Shown here: positions 12,001 through 44,239 of the stretch, in pieces | How the letters are laid out: each line of letters begins with the position of its first letter | Position numbering within the stretch: position 1 is the stretch's first letter | Assembly (NCBI GenBank): GCA_040954595.2 | Contig: CM082592.2 | Span: 10,440,731 to 10,504,730, forward strand | DNA length: 64,000 nucleotides | Direction of reading: 5' to 3' | DNA from: Balanoglossus misakiensis | Lineage: Eukaryota > Animalia > Hemichordata | The notes under the pieces: generated by a model | What the model was told of the DNA's origin: nothing | The model's input: the letters and a program-made list of their open reading frames with translations, nothing else | The model's database searches: none | Program-made: the position numbers and the translations under genes

Positions 12001-15000
12001 AATGGTCACTTGATGAACCCCTGTTGTCCTGGCAATACCAGCAAAGGGAGCAACAATCTGAAAATGAACGCAAACAACTTCAATAAATCTTACAATTGAC
12101 AATGCAGCATAGTAAACTTCTCATGTAATGTCATCATTGCATGTAGCAATGCAGATGACACTTTTAACGAAATACATCATAGTCAACATATACATGTACA
12201 CTACCTCTGAACCCTCTTCTGCAACCAAATCCACACCAGGAAGAGTATTTCCTGTTGTACTCAGATAATCACCAGTACCACATGATGAGTCTGTTATCTG
12301 TCGCGGGAAACTCTCCGCAATCTTGGGACCAAATATCTTGTTGATCAGTGACTTTGCTTTTTCATATCTGTTGAACGGATATCAATGAGAAATATTAGTT
12401 CACAACACAACACAATAAAACACAACAGATAAGCGATTATTAAGAAGAGACTTTACCCTCTCTTGACATCTTCAAATCCATCCTTGATATCTTCAATGGT
12501 TCCTATCAAAGACTCGTACGCTTGTATGAATGGGTCAGCCACTCTCTGTACTCTGGTCAGCGGCGCAAGGAGATCATCCAAAATACCTAGGATATCATCA
12601 ACAATCTGTCGTCTTACAGTGGCCTGAAAGGAAATATTAAGTAGAAAATATACCGGTAAGCCTATACAGTCAAAGCTAGAGTGATTGTATAAACTGCTCT
12701 AAGTCTCACAAGACATATGCTGACGTGAGAGAGTGAATAGGTTTGTTTTGATAAGGATAGATACAAGAGTAAAATGCATCTCAACTTACAAGTTCCACAC
12801 CAGTGAATTGTTTAAAGGAATCATTACTAATAGCTCCTCCACTGATCCAATCCCAGGCATCTTCCAAACTCTCCTTGGCCTTCAGGATGTCTTCCCAAAT
12901 TCCAGAAATTTCATCGTCAAGATTAAACCAGTATGGTCGCTGACCCTCCAGGAAGAAGCAGGCATCTTCAATCTTGGTCTTGGCGTCCAACACGCCAGCA
13001 ATGGCAGCTTTTATCCTACCGAAATATTAAAAATTTGTATAATATAGCATAACCAAATGCCATGATTTTCAACCATCCTGTATCTGTCTGACAGGTAATC
13101 TGATCATTTATTGAAATTCACTTGACAATACATGTAAGTGAGACGGTCACCTGGGTTGACATTACCTGAAGATTGACTTGGAAATATCTGCAACAGCTGT
13201 TTGAGGTGATTTGAAAAGTTTCTTGATGGCCTTGGCTGCAGTTTCGATTGCATCTTCGATCTGCTGTGCCGCCCATGGCAATGTTACTTTGACTCCATCA
13301 ACAACAGCCTGCCAATTGATAACATCAAATCTGTTAGAAATAATGGGCTTTCAGGAAAAGAAACTGGCATGCTTGTCACTCACATCATACATGTGATTGT
13401 AGAAATTCAGAGTTCTCAGGGAAAGAATAATGTGAATATGTGTAACAGTCAGATTCAAGCAACAAAAGCTGAAATACACTTCTCCAGTTACATGACTTAC
13501 ATTATAAAATTTCATGACATCAGTCTTGATATCGTGAAATAAAGTATTGACTCTATCCACAACATTTCTGACATCAGTAATGAAATCCGGAAGGTCATTG
13601 TATTCACCGATCTTCTTGATCAAATCACGACCAATCTTTCGGAAATCCTTGACACGATTTGGAAGATCTTCAACAGTCTCCACAAAGTCATCGAAAATCT
13701 CGTTGACGTTGCTCTTTGTCAGGGAGAGTAAATTCTTGAATCTTTTGATCGTGTTCTTGACACTGTTTACCACTTCATTTACAACTTCGTCATAGAGTTC
13801 AACAATTTCTATAATATCATCAAATCCATATTCCTGAAAAAAAACATACAGAAATTTACCATGCAAATATACTGAGCATAATTTTTAAAATAAATATTTT
13901 GATCAAAAGAGAATACACATTTCAAGAGAACAACACTAACCTGTAGGATGTTGAGTCCATACGATCCACTTCCTTTGAAGCAAAGTCTCGCATTTAGGAA
14001 TTCTTGATTGATTCCAAGAATACCGATATGAGCTCTGGCCCAGGCACCATCCTCAACATGGACGTCTAGAAAACCACTGAACTTCTCTGTAAAGACAAGA
14101 TATCATTTGTTGGTAGTTTTAAAAAGCACAGGAAACTGTTGTATATTCACTTAGAGAGATGCAGAGACACATAGCACACACATGTACAAATATAGTTCAA
14201 AACAGTATTTTCACTTACTGATATCTATCGTGAGAAAGTTCTTCATGACAAATCCCAAGGAGGCACCAATTTTGTTGTTCCCAATCGTCTTACTCCAGTC
14301 AATGAAGGGAAGTTTCAATTCAAAATGGAAATCTTTGAAGATCTCGCGCCTGTTTCTTACCAGCGGTCTGTTGGATCCTTCATCAAGGTGGATGTGTGTC
14401 TGGTTCGTATGCCTACATTTATCAAATGCAATGAAGAAACATTCAGTGTTTTACACCAAGCACAAAAATTAATCACAAAATGAGTCATAAATGTGGATCT
14501 GCAAAGACACAGTCGTGACCATGGTAGAGGCCAATAGTTAGTCAACTTCAGTTCCATGTTATCAGTTGTAGCATTAACTGTCTCATCAACAGATGCAGGT
14601 TTTTTTTACAGTTCCTGAAACCAAATCACATTACTTACACTTCCTGATATTCTTCCATGAGATGAGTGAAATCCATTGCATGTGGATGTCTCTGATATTC
14701 CAAGGTGGCTGTGTAACGAACATGTTCTTCGTGGTCGTTTAGTGCCATGTCCAATAATGTGTTGGCAGCCTGAAATGCACACATACATGTACAGCCAATG
14801 TTCAGTCGTAGAGAAACCAATTCAGGGATGATGATTGATTGATGATAACAGTGGCAGACTGAGCATAGATGATGTTTTCAAGAGATCACATATCAAGAAT
14901 AGTGACAATACATGCACTACTGATAATCAGACCCTCCTTACCTGTTCATGTTTGTATCTACTGACAGACAGGATTCCACATCTCCTGAGCAAAGATGGAC

Positions 15001-18000
15001 TAGCTGTGTTATTCATGTAGGAGATGAAATGATCATAGGATCTGTCGAACCCAGCATTGCCCAGAGCATGGATCAGATTGGCTTGGTAATGTAAATGATT
15101 ATCGTAGTCTTCTTCTGATAAAACTGATCTCATGTGTCTGTGATGATAGGGATCTGAGGAACAGAAAAAAGACAGTAGATTAATACATGTAACTGTCTTG
15201 CATGTTTTTATACATTGTATCACACACACATGACATATATACATGAATACTTGACTTACCATGAACACCAAGACAATCTTCCAGTTCGCCGACAATTCTG
15301 TGCGCGTTCTTTGGATCAGTTTTTTCCAGAACTTTGGAAACAGAACCCAAAACCAGCAAAGCTCTGTGATGAACATTGCTCGTGTTCTTCTTATCTGAAA
15401 TTTAAAAAAAATGCATGTTTGAGAACTCGTACTCCATGAATACACGTGTAATTAGATATACTGAACTGAGGTGTAGCTACAAAATACTTTGGGGGACGTG
15501 GCCAGAAAAAAGGCTAGGGAAGAAGTTGATTTCTTTCGCCAGCTACTGTTCTCTCTATCCTAATGCCACATCCTCCTAAAATGATTTCCCTGCAGAATAT
15601 CATTCCTTTACCTGGAAAGGCAAATTTCCGATTGAATCCAATTTCTTCTAGGACATCCAAAAACTTCTTTGGTGGCGGTTTCTTCAAGCCAACAAAATGA
15701 ACCATCGCTCTGTAAATCATCTCTGCATTTGGTTTCTCTGACAACAATATCATCTCTGTCAGTAACAGCTGTGTGGTTTCTGTAGCAACCGCTCCAAGAA
15801 CGTCGATCATGGTATTTCTGTTGTCAATCTCTATGCTGGTGCGGGCGTCGTCTAGGATGTATCTCTCTGCGACAATCGTAGTGTTGACAGCCGATAGACG
15901 TGACACCATCTCAACCAGATTATTGAAACAGGAGGTTCTTTCAGCCGACTCTGAAATATCAACAGATATACAAACTTCATCTTTACCCATCCATCTTTCT
16001 CATAAACATAAATGTACATGTACATGTAGTTGTCTTTGTTAAGTTTTAAACATCTTTACATTAGATTGAAGGTTCAAGTGATGAAAAAAGGAGAAATATC
16101 TGGCACTTGGTTAATTTTTGACCAAAAACTAACAATTCTATCAGATTACTGACCTATGATATTCTTTCTGAAACAGGTCATGTTGCCAGCAATCAGTGAG
16201 TCTATCTCCTCCAATGGTACTGGTGGCTTTGAATACTGCAGGTAGTAAAGTATATTATTGTTCATTAATATTTACAAATATCATCTCACAACTGAGTTAT
16301 CACTTAAATAATTGATCTTTCAATAACTTAAACCCATTACAGGACAATTGTGATCATATCAAGTTAATGATCTTTAATATTTTTTTGACAATAACGTTAC
16401 TTCTTTAAACTTATGTTTGGCCTACCATGGATATTTCAATGGAATCATTGATCAGGTTATTTGGTGGTACAATTGTCACGTTGTTAGGCAACTCTCTGGT
16501 GTAATCAAATTGAAGAGTTCCAGTTGAAGAAGCAGCCATCTCTGGTAAGTCTGCAATAAAAAGAAGAAAGTAGCATCAAAGTTCAATAAAGATAATTCCA
16601 TTAGAAAATGTTTTGGCTGATAACAAGGCCTGATTTTGCCAATAATTCCTGTTATTTGTGTGATGACATAATCAGACAAGACTCAGTATCTTACTGTAGT
16701 CATGGACTTCCTGTTCTTGTTTCTTCTTCTTATCTCCAGGAACACCAGCAAACATGTCAAATCTGCAGGAAACAGAAAGCCATGATGAAGAGCGCCTTAA
16801 ACACAATATTCTAAATTCATTCGTTTTCACATGCAGGTCTGTACTGCATTGCCGATAGTTTTAATTATTTTATTTAAGGTCATGTTGGGTCGGGTTACTT
16901 TCGACTTACTCTGGTGGGGGTGATCTGGGTGAGCTGAAACTCTCCTCAATGTGAATTGTATGTGGCAACTGCAGACTGGAATGGTATAAGATTTCCTGTA
17001 AAAGTGAAATCATTAGACATTGTGAATCAGATCCTGTAACTGACACCTTAGTATTATTTCGTTACGTTCTTATCACAATAATTAGACTCTAATGAGGTTT
17101 CTATTCCTGCAGAGAATGAACCACTCTATTGATATGCTTACCTTCTGGTTGCTAGCTTCAGCATTTGGCACAATATGTCCATGTTTGTGTCTTCTGAAAA
17201 CATACCCCTCTGCAGTGGGTGTGCCTGTGTAGGTTGACTTGTGTTTTCCTAACATGAAAACCGGACAAAGAAAATGTTATGATCATACATTAGCACTGTA
17301 CGAAGAAAATGTTAAACATAACCCAACAGATTTCACAGACAACCATGGTAACCATTCTCACCTTCATGACCCATTTCACTAACTTCATAACTCCATTCCT
17401 TGCCAGAGGCCAACACTTCATCTGTCACATGCATTTTGGATGTGAATAAACCGACCAGCATCTTTTTCATAGTCAGTACTTCCATGTTTTCATCAGCTGG
17501 GTAATATACTGTATCTATCTCACCATGTGGACTCATCACAAATGAAAACCTGAGAGAGAGAAAACACGAAAAGCAAAACTTACAAAAGTGCAAATCTTCA
17601 GATACAGTCAATAGATATGGGGCTCTCTATATAAGCAACTTACCAATGGGTCATGTCCCAGTCTCTGGAATGAGGATGTACTTCACCTGTAGTTTTGAGA
17701 AACACACAGTAAAATGACTGATTTAGTTCAATATGAAACTGAATTTTGAAAATAACTTAAAATTAATAAACAGGATACTTGCTTCTATATTTGCAACATA
17801 CAGTATTTTTTTGCATCCTCTCATTGATGTTTTCTTTTTCCGTTCTTCACCTAAACATTCATTTAAATATGTTTTCTACTTTCTTGTATTATCTATGAAA
17901 TTATAAAATACGATCACCAACCTTCCTCACTCTGATGTTCAACATATTGGATTATATTGATCACATGGAGTCTGCAGTGTTGTCCCTTGTCAATATCTTC

Positions 18001-20199
18001 CAGTAAATAAACTCCAAACTGATAATAAAATAAATGCAAAGATGACATTTACAAGCTGATGACCGACACTGAATTTTTTCCTGACACATACAACTTTGTA
18101 TTCATTCCTATTGTCCTTGGTGTGTGTGTTTTTAACCAAAGGTACTTTTAGAGTGTTGACTCACAGTGAATAGCCATAAATACTGGTTAATAAGTAACTT
18201 CATGAAGGTTCTCAACATATTGAGTGTTGACAAAACTCTAGACTCTAAGAGCAATGGCGATATTTATCTCAATTAAGGAGTGTAAAACTTGACTAGGCTG
18301 ATGGCCTCTGACTCAAGATTTAAATACAGTCTCCACAATTTCTATTCTGCTTTCTGTTGTTATGTTTAACGACTGATAATAAAAGTGTATGCTTATAATC
18401 AATACCGCAAAAAGACTGCAACTATTAAATTAAACAGACAAAAAAGAAAATACCAGCAGATACTGTGGATCAAATAATTCCCTGACTGACAAATATGATA
18501 ATGCAAGTCATACTCTACTATTCATATTTAATTTTATGACATTTTATTTCAGAGATATAAGTATTAATTATTAAATTATCTTGCTTACAATCTATTCATA
18601 GTGAGATTGTAAGTTTTCATGTATGTGGCCATTTCAAACAGTTGAATTCTGCAACCTTGGTTTGGTCCATTAACCCATTGTTTTCTATGGTAATTTTGGA
18701 CCTGAGGACTATACAGGGAAATAGGGTGAAATTAGGGGAATTCCCGCAATACAAAAGCCTGGCCATAAATAGTATGAAAGCTCTAGAATGATCCACGCAA
18801 GTAGCCACTTGTGTAAGCAAATACTTAAGTGATAATAAAAACAGGTGCCAATCGTAAATAAATCCACAATGATTTCACCTGTAAATATTATGTGTCGAGT
18901 TAACTTTTACCCTGCATTGAATTCAGAGATCAATAAAAGTAAAAGTACAGTGGGATACATTATGTAACCAATACTTAGAACCCGGTTCCATCAGCCAGAA
19001 CTTCTGAGAACTACAGTACCTTGAATATTAAGAGAGCTAACATCCTGGTTACACAGAATCAGGTATTGACAATGACTCACCATACAACCACGCCATTGTC
19101 AATATTTTGTCTTCACTGTAATGTCATCAAACAATTGATAATTCAAATAAGCAGGAAAAATTGCCTTCAAATTGTAACAATCCATGATCTCCCAAACGCG
19201 CGCATGTATATATACTACCTCTGTAACAACAGTCTACTTTTAAAATCTTAGCCTAGGACTGTGCCCAAATTGTAGAATGATGGAGATCACAAAGTTATTA
19301 TGGATATCTGGAGCCATCACACATTATATATTCTTTGCACAGTTACAAGCACTGTCACTATACAATATTTTTATTTCTAAGTCTGTGGAAAGTAAAAGCT
19401 CGCTTTGCAATGTGCTCAAAAGTCAAAATACATGTACGGCAAACATATAAATAGATCAAACATGTACAACAGCACAAACACACATGATGATCTAATTTAC
19501 ATACGCCCATATATGGTCAAAAGGGCGTGTACAGTGGCACACCTGTGAAAATCTAGATCTCTACTTGTTGCAATGGTAACTATGGTAACTAAATTTGCAT
19601 ACTGTAGGTGACCTCATGGCAAGTACGCATTTTGTACGTCTGAACACCTGGAACCTAAACTTTTTAATGAAAATAGCCTGCAACTGAAATAAACAAGTGT
19701 ACGTGCACAATATAAGCTATAAAAGTAGTTTGTTGTTTTTCTGCCACGCTTGACTTGACACACTTTCATGGCAAAATAAGGGCTTGGTGTTCGTGAAGCT
19801 GCGCAATCGTGCGTACAGTAGGACTCTTGCAAAAGTGATTGCGCGTTTACAATATGTTCTACGAAACTTTTTAACATAAGCAGTGTATATGTAATACAGT
19901 GACGTGACCAACGACCAGTCACTGCACTGAAGTACCTATCTAATAAACCCGGTCGCGACCTTGCCGTGTCTTGTTTTGGACAGTAAACGGTCAAGAGCTT
20001 TTACTAGTAAGTATTTCAAGTCCAACGCACGTACCTTCGCTTTGGTTTTGATAACTCCAAGGGCCTCCAACTGGTTTGTCGCTTCGTAGTGATACACATA
20101 TTCCTTACCATTCTGAAATCGAACGAGGTTTGATTCAGATAGTTCGAGTAAAAGCCCCAGACACAGCCAAAGAAAAACTTTGGCCAGAATCCTCGCCAT
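1..20199 (-). CDS. Giant secreted multidomain protein (LLT/vitellogenin-N + apolipoprotein-like helices + LECT2/M23-like + SAP-like + Cys-rich + PAN + FN3-like repeats); multi-exon, 3' end outside the window
   Basis: ATG at 20199 in good context (gaagATGG), followed by the signal-peptide-like MARILAKVFLWLCLGLLLELSES. About 55 GT-AG-bounded exons; the junctions checked keep phase (e.g. 20035-20199, 12205-12367, 11923-12057, 11564-11746, 10554-10692, 6583-6906). No in-frame stop in the exons translated. Roughly 3,000 codons in the window (estimate). Confidence 0.9.
376..401. repeat. (TG)n microsatellite
   Basis: Directly visible, intronic. Confidence 0.95.
6290..6790 (-). other. PAN/apple domain in the giant gene
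   Basis: AQNCAKDCLALPPTKCLSFNFDYGDSGLCELL shows the C-x3-C...C-x-S-F-x-F...C-x-L PAN pattern. It ends in the next exon (SGYTYNFER). Confidence 0.75.
6971..7178. repeat. Compound trinucleotide microsatellite (CAT/CAC/CGT)n in an intron
   Basis: Directly visible; lies between exons 6583-6906 and about 7283-7490 of the giant gene. Confidence 0.95.
10564..10662 (-). other. SAP-like helix-extension-helix motif within the giant gene
   Basis: Exon 10554-10692 encodes PESMDINELRTELRLRDKPTTGSRQTLIERYLE, matching SAP spacing (ELkeeLkkRgLptsGkKaeLieRL). Confidence 0.7.
11630..12310 (-). other. LECT2/M23 peptidase-like domain with degenerate metal-binding motifs, spanning 3 exons
   Basis: Spliced translation DSSCGTGDYLSTTGNTLPGVDLVAEEGSE|IVAPFAG...VNRDNHLGRV...PNIIHFTM...YINPTRFF aligns by eye with LECT2 (GCGQY...[20 protein letters not shown]...GEKLG...HVH...DPTAYL). 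Confidence 0.7.
14639..20130 (-). other. Large lipid transfer (vitellogenin-N/MTP-like) module of the giant gene
   Basis: Beta-barrel-like motifs FQNGKEYVYHYEA and FSFVMSPHGEIDTVYYPADENMEVLTMKKMLVGLF. Helical-domain motifs IDVLGAVAT, ALLVLGSV and LIHALGNAG (cf. the LxALGNAG hallmark of vitellogenin/apoB/MTP). Confidence 0.8.
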
Positions 20200-22326
20200 C
20201 TTCGCTCCAATATAGTGGAGTTTTACTTCCTTCACTTAAGTGCCTTTGTTATGCAAATTAGGCACCATGAAAGTGGATATGAACCAAGGCTAAGGCTAGT
20301 TAAAACAGCGCCACCTATCTTTAAAATATCTTAAATGCTTGCAAAGTTGGTATGTGTATATTTATTTTGTTAAAATGGATAAATTAATGATAAACTAGAT
20401 GAATAACTAACTAACTATATAAATAAACAAAACATCAATGCACTACCACCTCCCCTAATTGCCATACCCAGTCACTTAGGGAGCCACAATGACAATATTC
20501 ATTTTATATCATGACAAAGACAATGATGTATCAATTAATTAAATTAATAACCTTTATTGATAAAAAAGAAATTACATAAAGTTGACATCTTCATTTCCAA
20601 TTCTATTCAATTCTTATACGAACTTGAATCAAACACTATATATAATTCAGTGTTATTAGAGATGTTAATATTCAAGTCGGAAGAATCTTGAACCAAAACA
20701 ATGTCAAGTCTTTGTCAAATTTAGAGTAGAAAAAGATTTTTTTGGTTTTATTTAATGCATGACTATTTTCTGTATTTTCGCCATTAGAGCTTGTACAAAA
20801 AAAAGGTTTATAGAATTTTAGGGAAATAATTTTTACATCGGTTTTTAAGAATTTTAAACCTTTCATCTGTGCTTCACTCTCACTCACAGGTCCAACTTTA
20901 CAATTGGTTGTAACACATCACAAATTACATTTGAAAATAAAAGCAATCATAAAACTCTAAGAAAGGTTATTGTTATAATTCTGAACTTTCCTAAAAAATA
21001 AAACAATAGCACTGATAATACATTAGTTTCGTGTAATAATTAATTGTAGTTAAGAGTTGGTGTAATTTTGAATTTTTTCACATATATTTTATAATGGTAA
21101 AACACTTTCCATATGTAAATAAAATTAAAAAGAAATCGACCGTAACCTCTATCACATTTCACTTTTTCCTTGAACTTCTGGCCATAATTCTTCGCTGAAG
21201 TAAATATTTATAAGCATATCAACAGGAAAGGTTGATATATAGTTCAAACTGCCAGTTTAAATAAGGATTAGATTAGCTGAAGAATTAATAATTACACATA
21301 AAATCAAAATATACAATGAAGATTCGTAAAAGTCAGTAAAGCCACTGTAATTTGTACCCCACATGACCAGGGCCAACCTGTTCACCCCTCCGATAAGTAG
21401 AAGGGTCTGGCCTGTTTATGTGAATAACACCAGATAGACAATATTTGTTTACAATAACAGAAATATATTCAAAATAACTGAAATGTTTGCCATGGCAGCA
21501 ACATGTTTTACTTGTAACAAATTTGTGTCTGGTGATGGTTTCCATGAGGATCTGTTGACCAAGTCACAAATACACATGATTTCTGTGTTGCTAATCATCA
21601 CTAATATGATATTCTAGTAAAAGTTCCATAATAGTTTGAGTCAAAACTCTCTGAATTTTGTGTATGATAATGTTGTGAGATTTCTCTTGGTTAAAAATAT
21701 CAAAATACTGTAAAAATATGCAGCTGCCACAAATTCATAAGAACCCTTCACAATTATCACCATGACTATTGTCATGACTACAGTAAACATTATAAGTTCA
21801 AAGTATCCAAAAAATATTTAAAACATATATATTCCTTTTTAACATAGCATTTCTCTTTCAGCAATATTTACAAAAGTAAGCTCTGTAACATTTTAAGCTA
21901 GCAAACAAAGATATATTTATACAATTCCATAGTTTCGACTTGCAAATAATACTGCAAATGATGCTTTCAGTTTGCAAATTGGCTTTGTTATATAAATGGG
22001 TTTTATCAATTTTTGTAAATGTTCATTGGAATAAATTGAAGAAAGTACAATGTTTATTTACGCTATTACCAAAGGGCGCCATCTTTGATAAAAGGATAAA
22101 AATCAAAACACAACTCAGAGGGCGCTGAATTCAAATGACATGATTACACCACGAAGCTACATACTGGCACCTGGCTATTTTTGAATTCAAATATCAGAAT
22201 AGCATGATTCGAAGTCCAAATCTTGCTTAAATATCTCAGCAGTTCTTTTCTATGGCTATCAGGTTTTCACATCAGCAAAGGAGAGCTTAGCCATCAAGAG
22301 CAACACATAGAATCTTTTTGGCATGG

Positions 22327-22412
22327 TCTCTCTCTGTCTGTCTGTCTGTCTGTGTGTCTATCTGTCTGTGTGTCTATCTGTCTGTCTGTCTATCTGTCTG
22401 TCTGTCTATCTG
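22327..22412. repeat. (TCTG/TCTA)n tetranucleotide microsatellite in the CaMKK 3' UTR
   Basis: Directly visible, about 20 nt past the stop codon on the minus strand. Confidence 0.9.
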
Positions 22413-22433
22413 AACGTCTGCACTGATGGGTGT

Positions 22434-44239
<21,806 letters not shown>

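Noticed and set aside
1-20199. Labelling the giant gene as vitellogenin, apoB or MTP
   Set aside because: Only the N-terminal module resembles them; the downstream architecture differs and no vWD domain is visible in the window.
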